Assembly: GCF_006345805.1 (NCBI RefSeq) | Contig: NC_043014.1 | Location: 47,368,001 to 47,432,000 of the forward strand | Direction: 5' to 3' | Origin: Octopus sinensis | Taxonomy: Eukaryota | Length of the DNA: 64,000 nt | Notes under the pieces: model-generated | The model's input: the letters and a program-made list of their open reading frames with translations, nothing else | Told to the model about the DNA's origin: nothing | The model's database searches: none | Program-made: the position numbers and the translations under genes | Shown here: positions 12,196-24,802 of the stretch, piece after piece | Numbering within the stretch: the first letter of the stretch is position 1 | How the letters are laid out: the number at the start of each line of letters is the position of its first letter

Positions 12196-13436
12196 AGAGT
12201 TCCTAATAATATTTGATTATAAAAATATAATAATAGGATTTTTTAATCGTCAAATGTTTATTAGGGTCCAATAGAGTAAAGTAGGAGGGTCCATAGACAA
12301 AAACATTGTTGAGAACAGACACACACACACACAAATTGTAAAGTCTGTAGAGATTCCTAAAGAATGTTCCTAAAGAATGTGATTTTGCATTGTCTAAATA
12401 GTTTTAAAATACCAGTCAACCCCTCTTTGTCTTTCCTCTGTTATTTCAGGCTTACTCTCCCTAGTGTATGACTGGCATTCAGTTTGTTGACCCTAGAAGA
12501 ACCGTAGCCAAATACAAACATGAGGGTCATTCCACCCCTAAATGTTAAATGATGTAATGAAATACTGCAAGCTATGTCTGGTGTTCTACATCCCTATCTT
12601 TTGTACCATTCCACCATGACAATGGCAGGGGCAGTGGTTTATGGGGATGCTGGTTGTCTCTCCCCTTGCCTCAGTCAAGTTGACCTACGATCAAGGGCAT
12701 TCCAGCCATGACCAACCCATCTTTCTTTTTGACATAGTGTAATCTAGGACAATTCTATCCAATGTGCCCTCCCTTTTTAAAGATTGTAGTGTATAATTTC
12801 GGAGATTTTAGTTGCTATTTCTAGCGAGTTCCTTCATTAACTTATCTGTATGTCAGTAGTTTCTGGAGTGGTGGCCAGAGTAGGTCCAGATGAGGCAGAC
12901 TTGGTAATATCTGTTCTTTCTCTTCATCTGTTACTACTGGTGTGTATCCCCCCTCCAGTACAATTTTTGGGGCTTTTTGTGGCAGGATGGGTTGGGGATG
13001 GAACTGAGAAGGGGGCATGGTGGTCTGGGTATTTGTTGTTGATTTTGCCCCCAATGGCAGCAGACACTTGTCAAGTTTAGAGCTTTGCTGTTACATAGAA
13101 ACTTCAATATTTTCACTTCTAACAACCCAATACACAGCTTTGTGTTTTTTTTCATTTCTTTTGACACCTCTCCCCTCTCTATCTAGTTAAAATGGTGAAT
13201 CATTTCTCTGAAACTCACAGATACCATACTACACGCACAAACAGAAAACACAGATTCCACACTACACATGCAAAGTTCGCTTCATATACATACACATACT
13301 GATGGTTGTCTATCAAATTCCACAATGTCCATCTTCACCTTCATGTCTTGTTTGATGACCATCATATTTTCCTCAATTAAAGTGGTCTTACACTACCCTG
13401 GTTTACCATCTTCAGCATTTCTGCCTCCCTTATGAC

Positions 13437-14590
13437 CACAGGTGACTCTACACTGGGTTTATCTGTGTCTGCTACACTATGGTGACAGGTGTCCCTATTC
13501 TGGGTTCGTTAGTGTCTCCTACAGTGACAGGTGACCCTACACTGGGTTTATCTGTCTGCTACACTAAGGTGACAGGTATCCCTTTGCTGGGTTCGTAAGT
13601 GTCTCCTACGGTGACAGGTGACTCTACACTGGGTTTATCTGCCTGCTACACTAAGGTGACAGGTATCCCTTTGCTGGGTTCGTAAGTGTCTCCTACGGTG
13701 ACAGGTATCCCTATGCTGGGTTCGTAAGTGTCTCCTACGGTGACAGGTGACTCTACACTGAGTTTATCTGTCTGCTACACTAAGGTGACAGGTATCCCTT
13801 TGCTGGGTTCGTAAGTGTCTCCTACGGTGACAGGTGACCCTACACTGGGTTTATCTGTCTGCTACACTAAGATGACAGGTATCCCTTTACTGGGTTCGTA
13901 AGTGTCTCCTACGGTGACAGGTGACTCTACACTGGGTTTATCTGTCTGCTACACTAAGGTGACAGGTATCCCTTTGCTGGGTTCGTAAGTGTCTCCTACA
14001 GTGACAGGTGACTCTACACTGGGTTTATCTGTGTCCGCTACACTATGGTGACAGGTGTCCCTATGTTGGGTTCATAAGTGTCTCCTACAGTGACAGCTGA
14101 CCCTACACTGGGTTTTCCCTTTACACAACGACAACCAGTAACCCTGCTGGATTCATAAGTGTCCCCTACAGTATGATAACAGATGACCCTACACTGGGTT
14201 TATCTGTGTCCGCTACACTAAGGTGACAGGTATCCCTATGTTGGGTTCGTAAGTGTCTCCTACAGTGCAGGTGACCCTACACTGGGTTTATCTGTGTCCG
14301 CTACACTAAGGTGACAGGTATCCCTATGCTGGGTTCGTAAGTGTCTCCTACAGTGACAAGTGACCCTACACTGGGTTTTCCCTCTATATAATGACAACCA
14401 GTAACCCTGCTGGATTCATAAGTATCCCCTATAGTATGATGACAGATGACCCTGCACTGGGTTTATCTGTGTCCTTTACACTGTGGCAACAGGTAGCCAG
14501 CCCTGTGCTGGGTTTATGAGTGTTCCCTACAATATGGTGACAGGTGTCCCTACACTAACTGGGTTTATCTATCTGTGTCTCCTACCTTGG
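13437..14590. repeat. Higher-order minisatellite of alternating ~42-45-bp subunits
   Basis: Alternating GTGACAGGTGACTCTACACTGGGTTTATCTGTCTGCTACACTAAG and GTGACAGGTATCCCTTTGCTGGGTTCGTAAGTGTCTCCTACG. Confidence 0.9.
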
Positions 14591-14704
14591 GATTTTCAGT
14601 TCAGGGTTTTAAAGCCATACCTCTGTCACATCAACGGTACACATGGGGAGGCAGGGGTAAATATTAGCTTAGCATAGGAAAATAAAACTTTTCTCACAGC
14701 CCAG

Positions 14705-15500
14705 TGTGGTGGGGGTGGTGGTGTTGTTGGTGGTGGTGGTGGGGGGAGTGAGGAGGGGAGAGCAAAAGCAGGCCACTCTAGAGATCTGTCAAGTCATTCC
14801 TGTCACCATTTCAATGTAACTTCAGGAATGTTTGGTTCATTTTAGAATTCCTGTTTCCAACATTGCTGAAGTGGTTGTTTGGTGGTGGTGGTGGTGGTGG
14901 TGGTGGCGGCAGTGGTAGCGGCGGTTGTGCTAGTGCAGTTGTGCCAGCACGGTGTCTTGGTGATAGTGTAGTATGGTGTGGTTGTGGTGACAGTGGGTTG
15001 TAGTTGTGTAGATATTTCTGTAGTTGTGGTAGTAGTAGTAGTGGTAATAGTAACAGAGGTACAGGTGGTAGTGGCGCTAGACACTTGATTTGCTCTTTCC
15101 TCTACTTCCTTCTCTTCACTCCCCCCACCCCGATTATATCTTATTGAATGAATACTATATGCCATGCCACCACAATTACCATCACCACCACCACCATATT
15201 ACACAACACACCACCACTGCCACTATCTTCTGGCAGATCATTTGTACCATCACCATCACCACCACCACCACCACCAACACCACCACCACCACCAACACCA
15301 CCACCACCACTACAACCACTACCACCACCACCACTACAACCACCACCACCACCACCACTACAACCACCACCACCACCATCACCACCACCATCACCACCAT
15401 CACCACCATCACCATCACCACCAACACCATCACCACCACCACCAACACCAACACCACCATCACCATCACCACCACCACTACAACCACCACCACCACCACC
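14705..15500. repeat. (GGT)n-rich then (CAC)n-rich low-complexity arrays
   Basis: GGT-rich 14705-15075 and CAC/CAT-rich 15170-15500; source of the poly-His/Pro/Thr/Val ORFs. Confidence 0.9.
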
Positions 15501-16044
15501 AGGCCCTTACAGCTGTTATTGTGTTAACTCCTTCAACTTGACTAATCCCTCATGTTAAGGTCACCCCCCCTCCCCGCCAGTCAGCCGGTTGGAATCCTAC
15601 CTGATTGTTTCAATCGATCTCATTAAACAAGACATCATTCATGTAAAGGAGAGTGAAGGGGGAGGTGACGTAAGTGGAGTGGTAGTGGTGGTGGTGGCTG
15701 TTGTAGTATGTGGTGTGTTTAGAACCCGCTCCTCAATCTACCAGTCTACTCTTGAATCTGATCCCACTTCATTCAGTAACTCTAATGATAGCTTCTAGAA
15801 TGAGATCAACATCACAACATCTCTCTACTTCTTCTGAGAGACCCTGAAACAGAACCAGGAGGGAATTCCTACTGAAATAATAAATTCACTTGGTTCTATT
15901 TCCATTTAACACACACAAACACACACATTCTCTCTTTCTGTCTCTCTCTGCCATTGTAATATCCATGGCAAAAGCATGAACATCACAACATAAACATCTT
16001 TGAATGCCTCACTGTATTATTATTATCATTATTATTATTGTCCC

Positions 16045-16460
16045 AAGTTGGCGAGCTGGCAGAAACGTTAGCACGCTGGGCGAAATGCGTAGCCATATTT
16101 CATCCGCCATTACGTTCTGAGTTCAAATTCCGCCGAGGTTGACTTTGCCTTTCATCCTTTCGGGGTCGATAAATTAAGTACCAGTTACACACTGGGGTCG
16201 ATCTAATCGACTGCCCTCCCCCTCAATATTGGGCCTTTTGCCTAGAGTAGGAAAGAAACGTTTGCACGCCGGGCAAAATCCTTAGCTGTATTTCGCCTGT
16301 CTTTACGTTCTGAGTTCAAACTCCGCCGAGGTCGACTTTGCCTTTCATCCTTTCGCAGTCGATAAATTAAGTACCAGTTGTACACTAGGGTCGATCTAAT
16401 CGACTGGCCCCCTCACCTCAAATTTCGGGCCTTGTGCCTAGAGTAGAAAAGATTATTATT
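16045..16460 (+). mobile_element. SINE family B, two tandem copies
   Basis: Two consecutive family B cores. Confidence 0.85.
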
Positions 16461-17232
16461 GTATCCCAAGTTGTCAGCTTCAACATCACCTCTGCAATAA
16501 TCTACATAGGTTTGATTCAACTATTTTTACAGTATTTTCTGGCATGCAACTTGATGTAGTATGGACTATCGTTCCAAATCCTGCTTCATTTCACGTGGAG
16601 TTCTCGGTCCTCCAAAGTTATCTTGGTGTATAAGTCAACCTGCCATTTTCAGCTGTAAAATTAGGTCTGAAAATTTTTGACTTTTATGTCAGAGAATACA
16701 GTACCCTCTCCACTTCTCTACAGTTCCTCCACTGTCACGAGATAGATGCAATATGATATTTCTTCATGTAATTGTGAAAATAGTTTGATCTTCCACACAC
16801 ACACACACACACACTAGTCTAAATGCTGTGTTTGGTGTCAAGAAAGGCAAGCACTAAGAGGAAACACTAACAAGACAGAGACACGTTCGACCTTTCAGGA
16901 GCATCCAAGCCAGTGTCTTAACGAAGGAAGCTGTTATTTAATTAGGATGAAATCCAGAATCCAAGGAAACTGGCTTCATTTAATTAGGCTCATTAGAATA
17001 AAACAAGAAACGATGACATTAATCTAAATCCTTAAAATTGTTTTAGCCCGAAAGCCGCGGCCATGCTGGGGCACCACCACTATATATATATATTTTATAT
17101 ATATAAAATACATATGTCTCTATCTCTGTCTGTCTGTTCTGGAGATGTACTTGCATAGTAAGTGCCTTGATCTGAGATCGTGTGCTGAAACAAAAACAAT
17201 TGCAGTGTGGAATGTGTTTATAAGATGTTTAA

Positions 17233-17452
17233 CCCTTTAGTGTTCAGATTATTCTATCAAACATAATGCCTATTGATTCCCATTGATTTGAATTAATCAT
17301 GCATTATCTCATATCTTCAAGATCTTGATGGTGTAATTACTTAATGTAGAATAACATTGTAGGGTAGGTGTGAGAGCCTGGATCTGGTCAGTTTGAACAT
17401 AAAACAGATTAGCTATTTTGGCCGGATATGGCCGGGTTTAAATACTAAAGGG
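17233..17452. mobile_element. piggyBac-like MITE
   Basis: TTAA|CCCTTTAGTGTT...AATACTAAAGGG|TTAA: TTAA on both sides and 12-bp TIR with one mismatch. Confidence 0.8.
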
Positions 17453-17583
17453 TTAAAACATACACAAAAAAAAACCGTTAGATTCATGTCAACATCTAAA
17501 TTTAATTTCTGTCAAAATATTTTCGTTGCTTTGAAACCACGACCTGTTCACTGACTAAACTTTGTGCTGCATCTCTAATTGCC

Positions 17584-17619
<36 letters not shown>

Positions 17620-17621
<2 letters not shown>

Positions 17622-18022
17622 TCTTTACTCTTTTACTTGTTTCAGTCATTTGACTGTGGCCATGCTGGAGCACCGCCTTTAGCCGAGCAAATTGCCCCCA
17701 AGACTTGTTCTTTGTAAGCCTAGTACTTATTCTATCGGTCTCTTTTGCCGAACTGCTAAGTTACAGGGACGTAAACACACCAGCATCGGTTGTCAAGCGA
17801 TGTTGGGGGTGACAAACACAGACATACAAACATACACACATGCATACATATATATATATATGCACATATATACGATGGGCTTCTTTTGGTTTCCGTCTAC
17901 CAAATCCACTCACAAGGCTCTGGTCGGCCTGAGACTATAGTAGAAGACTCTTGCCTAAGGTTCCGTGTAGTGGACTGAACCCGAAACCATGTGGTTAGGA
18001 AATGAACTTCTTGACCACACAC
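17620..18022 (-). mobile_element. SINE family A, diverged
   Basis: Full-length match. Confidence 0.8.
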
Positions 18023-18104
18023 CTACAACTATATATGATATATTAAGAAGTGTGTGTGTGTGTGTATAAATTTTTATATATATATGTATATATATTAATA
18101 AATT

Positions 18105-18145
<41 letters not shown>

Positions 18146-18977
18146 TAATATAGACAACCAGCACAATGTATTACCAAAAAGGAAAACTTTAATTGTTACT
18201 AAATGTAGCTAAGGGCGTTTGAACACCTACATTGCTAGAAATAAGAGCTAAAATGCTCTACTTCTGTAACTAAAGCACATAACTGTGTACATATATACTG
18301 ACAGGGACTCTAATTGCCCCATATATATATTTGTATTATTTAGTACATTATGACTCAAAAGTTCCTCAGATCTTCCTGTTGTCAGCTCTCAATAGTTCTT
18401 ACAATAATTCTCATGCGTTCCAACTCCAAATCTTACTACACTGTGCCCTTTAGTAATAAGGACAGTGTGGCCCGCCCATGCTGACAACAATGCCACATGA
18501 TACAGTTTATTACGTCGCTGCATCAAGTGTGTAATATATCATGAGTTTAATCTAAGTGTAGTAGTTAATCTCTATTGGATGTCGTTTGAGGTCAAGTATG
18601 GATATTCATCAAGTGGTCACTTGAGTTTAAGATCTGAACAAAGGAGAGACTGTTTCAGTAACATAGGAAATGTTTCAGAGAAACGACTATAAAAGTCTGA
18701 GATAATGTGTTGGGGGCAGTTTTAGTTGGAAAGGTCACCATGGATGGATGGCGGTCAAAAATAGATGTTGTCTCTCAGTGTTGCGGCAAGGAAAGATTGG
18801 TAAGGCCTGTTGTACTTGTTGGATAAAAGTTTGTTTATTGTTTCCCAAAAGTAGTCCCCACCTACCATTTCTAACCCCTAAAGTTCTGGTCTATGGCCCC
18901 CATCTACTGCTTACATTGAATAAACTTCCAATTCTTGTTTGACATGTGCAAATGTTTTGGCTGTAATTACTGTAGAG

Positions 18978-19175
18978 CAGTGGCTCCCAAACTTTTTAGA
19001 GTCGCGACCCACTATTTATCACACCAGTTTATGATGACCCACTTACAAGTCTTGAACTATCTCGATAGACAGCAGTTAATCAAAGCTAATGCGTGATTTT
19101 ATAACTTTTTGCGACCCACTAAGATTCCGTTTGTGACCCATCTGTGGGTCGCGACTCATAGTTTGGGAACCACTG
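18978..19175. mobile_element. hAT (Charlie/MER5-like) MITE
   Basis: TIR CAGTGGCTCCCAAACT / AGTTTGGGAACCACTG, perfect 8-bp TSD CTGTAGAG at 18970-18977 and 19176-19183. Confidence 0.9.
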
Positions 19176-19204
19176 CTGTAGAGACACGGTAATGCAGAGA
19201 TGGG

Positions 19205-19411
19205 CAACAAACATAACAAAATCCGTGGAATAAGCTGCCAGACGAGATGGTGAAGATGCCGACGACCGCTCGGTTCAAAGTCTCCCTTGACCACAAGTGG
19301 CCTGAACTCTTTACATGAACACCACCCTGTACATAACTCCATGTCCCCCTACATGGCCTTGCTTTTTTGCTTTTTGAGCCAAAAAATTAACTAACTAACT
19401 AACTAACTAAC
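19205..19411 (+). mobile_element. CR1/L2-type LINE 3' end with (TAAC)n tail
   Basis: Encodes PWNKLPDEMVKMPTTARFKVSLDHKWPELFT*, then 3'UTR and (TAAC)n. Confidence 0.85.
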
Positions 19412-20129
19412 CTCAACTTCTCAGGATTTATCAAACTAGATTGACAACTTGGAATCGGGGCTATGGTCCCCACCCAACCAAGAGAAAAAATTGATGTGGT
19501 TATTTGAGTGTTATTGTTTGTGTGTGTCTGGATAAGATTTGGAGAACGGTTGAGCTGTAGCAATTTTGTGGTGTTGTTGTATGTGCTTCTCGCTGTTACA
19601 GCCGTGTTTATTAGAACAGGCTGTAAACTGTGAGCGGCACCTCTAAGATGGGTGTCTAGGTAGATATTTAGAATTCATTGTGTACACCCTGTCTGTTATC
19701 ACGGGAGTCAGTTTTAATGCTTTCTTCTTTCCCAACTTGATGAGGTGAATCTATCCTACTTAATGACTCAAACTTTCACATGCACACTTCCTCTTAAACC
19801 AAAAACTCTCAGATACTATCTCTGTAGTGATTAAATTTCTTTCCTTGCTCTTATATTGGCATCTCCCTCCCTCCCTTCCACCTCCCTCTGTCTCGTTCCC
19901 TCTCTCTCTCTCTCTCTCACTCACATTTGTTCATCAGTCTCTCTCTTACTCTCAAGTAATTATACTTTTCCATTACAATATTTTCAAACCTACTGTTATA
20001 AAACTTTCAGACCAATAATATCCCCAACCCCACAAATTACTAAAAGAGAGAAAGAAAGAGAGAGAGGGGGGGGGGGAAGAGACCAGCTCTTACCTTTGGA
20101 TGGTCAGCTGATGTGTCTGTTTCCTTTAG

Positions 20130-20161
20130 GTCATGTTGACATGAAATATAAACACGCGAAG
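20130..20161 (+). CDS. Candidate small exon (G)HVDMKYKHAK; 3' end uncertain
   Basis: Good acceptor TGTGTCTGTTTCCTTTAG, one open frame; donor ambiguous (AAG|GTTGAT or AATG|GTGTAT). Confidence 0.15.
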
Positions 20162-20368
20162 GTTGATCTCCCTGGGCCTATATCCAATGGTGTATCTTTT
20201 TCTGATATCTTATATAGACAGTACACACCTTCATTCTGTCTAACTTTGGCATCATATACTCCCCCCCCCCAACATGTAGAGAGCCCATCATTACCAAAAA
20301 CAGCATCATCATCATTAAAATTGTTTAATCTTCAGTTTTACATTGTTGATGTGGGTTGGATAGGTTTG

Positions 20369-20726
20369 TGTTGTAATGGAAATTGTACACCCTTCCCACA
20401 GGACAAGTGGCATGAGTCAGCCACTATAAAGTGAAACGACATCAACCAATACAGAGAGTTGTGCGTCAGTCGTTGTAGATTCCGTTGTATGAGTTCTCAG
20501 TTGGAGTCAAGTGTCAGTTATGTGTTATAGTCGAGTTCGAGTCACAGTCAAGGTAGAGGGTTCAAATTTGGTGTCTTGCAGAGCTACCAGCAATAGCATG
20601 ATAGCCGAAGTGGTGTATTACCATTCCGGTTTAGAAGAGATACACTGTATCCGATACCAAGAAAATATCATGGCTACTAGAGTAGATCCAATAGATTATA
20701 ATTGTGGAAAACACCACACCATAACA
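20369..20726 (+). mobile_element. Solo LTR (BEL/Pao- or Gypsy-like)
   Basis: TGTTGT...ATAACA termini, identical 5-bp flanks GTTTG (20364-20368, 20727-20731), internal TATAAA at 20425. Confidence 0.75.
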
Positions 20727-21134
20727 GTTTGTAATAGGAGCACATCATGAAATCCTGTTTCTATGTCATCCTCAGATGACTTTGTCCTACCATAGCCTCT
20801 TTTGTCCTAGCAATCTCTCTTGTTCTCCCAGGGTATCCCATATCTTTGTACTATATATCATAGTCTATCCTGTTCTACAGAAGTTTGCCATAGTCTACTT
20901 CTACAATTTGGAGCAACTCTTCTCTATAAATTATTATCTTGACATATATTGCAGAATATGACAATGTGATGTAATACTAAACCTTCAGTAAACTATATGA
21001 TCCTCACAACCCTTCAATGCTTCCTACCCAAAAAGCTGTTTGGTGGTTACTCACAAATAATTTTTTTGTTTGAGTGAGTAGATCTGATGTTTTACTCAAA
21101 CAGGATTTGAACCTGCAAATTCAAATCCTACCAA

Positions 21135-21383
21135 CCCTTTTGATACCAACTTGGCTGAAACCGCCTCTGGCTCTGTAATGCAAATGTCTTGTTTTCATAA
21201 GTTCTGAATTAAAATCTTCCACTTAACCTTAGTCACAATTTATGTTCCTATCATTAGCTAGTCACAATTTATGTTCCTATCATTAGCTTAATGATAACTA
21301 AGTTATTTTACTAAATTGTTTGTTATATCTAAAATTAATTGAAAGAAACACAGAGCATCTCAACAGAAATATGGTAACGAGGG
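21135..21383. mobile_element. piggyBac-like MITE, second family
   Basis: CCCTTTTGATACC...GGTAACGAGGG|TTAA; left TTAA degenerate; partial copy near 50268. Confidence 0.55.
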
Positions 21384-21504
21384 TTAATTTCATTTTGCTT
21401 TTTAAACACAAACATGTCAAATGTGTGTGATGGTTCTTTGAGCTATCTTAACCCCTTATGTACACAGAAGATACTAATAATTAGTTTATATGTTGTTTGG
21501 TTTT

Positions 21505-21890
21505 ATCTTTCACTTGTTTCAGTCATTAGACTGTGGCCAAGCTAGAGCAATGCCTTGAAGAAATTTTAGTCGAATGAATTGTTCCCTGTACTTATTTTAA
21601 GCCTGGTACTTTATCAGTGTCTTTTGCAGAACCACCAAGTTACAGGGATGTAAACACACCAACAACTGTTGTCAAGAAGTGGTGAGGGACAAATACACAC
21701 ATAAAGGCACACACACACACACATACATATACGATGGGCTTCTTTCAGTTTCCATCTATGAAATCTACTTGCAAGGCTTTGGTTGGCCCAAGGCTAAAGT
21801 AGAAAACACTTATCCAAGATACCAGACAGTGGGTCTGAACTCGGGACCATGTGGTCAAGAAGCAAGCTTCTTACCACATGACCACACCCG
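21505..21890 (-). mobile_element. SINE family A, old copy
   Basis: Diverged full-length match. Confidence 0.7.
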
Positions 21891-22009
21891 TACCTCCACA
21901 TGGCTAACACTAGCTTTCACATCTGTATTACTGAATAATCTGTTCAAGGTATTGAACAAATAAGCACAGGTCTCCCATCAGTCTTTTAAGGGAGTCTATA
22001 GTCAGTTAT

Positions 22010-22635
22010 GTGAAGGCGCATGGCCTAGTGGTTAAAGTGTTATACTCAAGATTGCAAGATCAGGGTTTCAATTCCCAGACCAGCGATGTATTACTTGTCC
22101 TTGTACTGACATTCACCCCGGGTGGGTTGAGTCGGCTTCTTCTACTCATGGAAGAAGTTTTGTGGGAATATGTGGATTTCACAAGCGGTCCCTAACAATC
22201 CCGCATGTGGAGACATCCTTTTTGTTGCAGATTGTCTGCAGACGCAGGGACAGAACGACCGAGGAGCCTCCGGTTGCCAAAGCAGACACTCCGAGGATTT
22301 TCACCAGAGCCCTGTATGCCAGGTTGTGACCCTAATACCACTTGGTGTCAGACCAATGTGCCTTGGGTGGCCCTACCAGGAACCGAAGTTCCTGGCGGCA
22401 TAGCTCTGACACTACCCATTGCCAGCGTCCCCACCACGGTGAGGAGGGGATGGACTTTGGGGATGCGATGTATTGTGCTCTCGTAACCCTGCAACAGACT
22501 AGCCTCCTATTCAGTGGGTATGTTGGCTTGCCCACCTAGCCAGCCAGGGTAGCATCATTTGATGGCTGCAACAATGCAAGGGAGTGCATTGTAACTAGCA
22601 GGGTATAACAGCTGAAAATCTGGTTGATACAGTTA
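22010..22635 (+). mobile_element. tRNA-derived SINE family E interrupted by an RTE-5'UTR-like structured insert (~22110-22465)
   Basis: A box TGGCCTAGTGG, B box GGTTTCAATTCC; SINE body resumes about 22470; insert contains CCTACCAGG...GGCATAGCTC, recalled as typical of RTE 5' regions. Confidence 0.55.
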
Positions 22636-23004
22636 GTCAGTTATATTGACCCTAGTACTTGACTCAAATCACATTTTATCATTTTTTAAGTAAAAAAAAG
22701 ATACATTTGGACAATGTTGTATTCAAAAAGACTGGATCTGTTTTTTATCTTTTATTTGTTTGTCTTTGGACTGTGGCCATGCTGGGGCACCACTTTGAAA
22801 GGTTTACTTGAATAAATCAAACCCAGTATTCTTTTTAAAGCCTCACCTGACCCCAACACTCTACACTGCAGTGTCACCAAAACACTCAGACGATTTAAAG
22901 GGTTATAGTGCTCCAGGCAGTAACAGAGGAATTCAAGACAGGTTACCCCTGGGAGCTCCACATTTAATTTGTCTTATACCTAACTTTTCTCTCAATACAG
23001 TTGC

Positions 23005-23420
23005 ACTTTGTCAGTCGTGCACACTGATGTTGCACATCCTGCAAACCATATTACCTTCATTCCTCTCTGGTTTACACATGTCCTCTGCATTCAGAGCCCA
23101 TGTTTCACTACTATGGAGTATAGCTGTTCTCACACAAGCATCATGCAATCTACCTTTCACTCTGAGAGAGAGTCCTTTTGTTTCCAACAGAGTTGGTAAT
23201 TCTCTGAACTTTCTCCATCCTATTCTTATTCTAGAAACAGTATTTTCTGAGCCCAGGTAGAGGGTAAAGTTAGACATAGGGTCCCAGTGCTGAGAGGGTT
23301 GTGGGTCTTGCTCAACGAGAAAGTGTCTCCTCGCTGCATACATGCTACTTCTTAGCAGCCTAAAAACATTGTCCAGCCTTGATGCAGCTGTCAGGTTTCC
23401 GATATAGGAGGCAGTGTTTT
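23005..23420 (-). mobile_element. RTE-clade LINE reverse transcriptase C-terminal fragment
   Basis: YLGS...SRIRIGWRKFREL...LSLRVKGRLHDACVRTAILHSSETW matches the RTE RT C-terminal pattern. Confidence 0.85.
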
Positions 23421-24054
23421 GGGGGTTAGATACCCATGTACCCTACTCATCCACCTGCTCACCAACCAACCTACTTACCTGCCTACCCATCCATCTACCA
23501 ACAAACTTACCCACTGTATAACTGTACTACCTGTTTTGTCCAACACCACCATCACTATTGACAACCGACATAGTGTTGTATACCGACACCAGTTCTATTG
23601 CTAATAGAGCTTACCTTGCACATGCACAAATGTGCACACACACACACATATATGCATGTGTGCACACACGTATATGCACGTATGCATACATACACACAAA
23701 TGCACCCCCCAGAAACACGAATGCACAACTACACACGTGCATGTGTGCGTGTGTGTGTGTGTGTGTGGCATGTGTCTTTGATGTGTCTTTGTGTGTGGTA
23801 AAATTGTGTTGTTGTGTGTGTGTGTGTGTGAGCATCTTGTAGCAGCTGGAAGTGATGCAGAGAGGCAAGTCACATGGCACGGGAGGGGAGGAGGAGGCGG
23901 GAGGCGGGCGGAGAAGGAGAGGAGAGGGGGGGTTTCTGCAGCTATATGCCCATATATGGTTGTGTTGATTGAACGATAGACAATAACGGAGTGATAGAGT
24001 GGCATAGTGGTGCTGGTCGATGATTACTTTGAAACCTGGCTCTGCCCGCGTGCA

Positions 24055-24088
<34 letters not shown>

Positions 24089-24254
24089 CTCTCTCTCTCT
24101 CTCTCACACTCTTTTTCTCTCTTTCAACACCCCCCCTCCATCATATGCACAGTCATGCATACACATGAGCACATGCACAGCCACACCTATTAAAAATATA
24201 ATATGCATACTATACATGTGTCTGTGCTGTGTTTTGCATAAATAAATAGTACAT

Positions 24255-24285
<31 letters not shown>

Positions 24286-24402
24286 GACAGATGATAATTT
24301 CAGCTGTTTGTTGTGTGTATATTATATACACATTCGTGTGGGGAGTACTTTTTTGCTTCTTGCTTGTAAATTAAAACCTCTATTTGTGTATATGTGTCTC
24401 TG

Positions 24403-24431
<29 letters not shown>

Positions 24432-24440
<9 letters not shown>

Positions 24441-24582
24441 GAAATGAGGTACTCAGAACAAATCGAATGGTTTTATATTTACAGATATTTATTTGTATAT
24501 TACATTTTTTATATATATCATATAACTTAGGTCATGTATTAGCGCTTTATCCCTTTCTAGTGGGGTTTTCAAATCAAACTAA

Positions 24583-24651
<69 letters not shown>

Positions 24652-24802
24652 TAGAAGAAAGTGGTACTCAGAAAATCGGATGGTTTTATATTTACAGATA
24701 TCTATTTGTATATTATATTTTTTATATATATATCATATAACTTAGATCATGTATTAGTGCTTTCTCCCATTCTAGTGGGGTTTTTTTCAAATCAAACTAA
24801 GT
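24432..24802. repeat. Tandem duplication of ~155 bp separated by (TA)n
   Basis: TTAGAAGAAA...CAAATCAAACTAAGT at about 24432-24585 and 24645-24802. Confidence 0.85.

Noticed and set aside
12450-12490. Exon after strong acceptor CTTTCCTCTGTTATTTCAG
   Set aside because: All frames stop within about 40 nt and the donor is ambiguous; insufficient support.
15090-15558. Poly-His/Pro/Thr/Val ORFs
   Set aside because: All frames of a (CAC)n tract are open; no unique domain or splice support.
16893-16915. PLE-type hammerhead remnant on the minus strand (CCTGAAAGGTCGAACGTGTC)
   Set aside because: Core bases and stem II are missing; cannot fold.
19856-20434. 192-aa single ORF
   Set aside because: Starts in (CT)n/(GA)n microsatellites and ends inside the solo LTR; only a small internal piece could be exonic.
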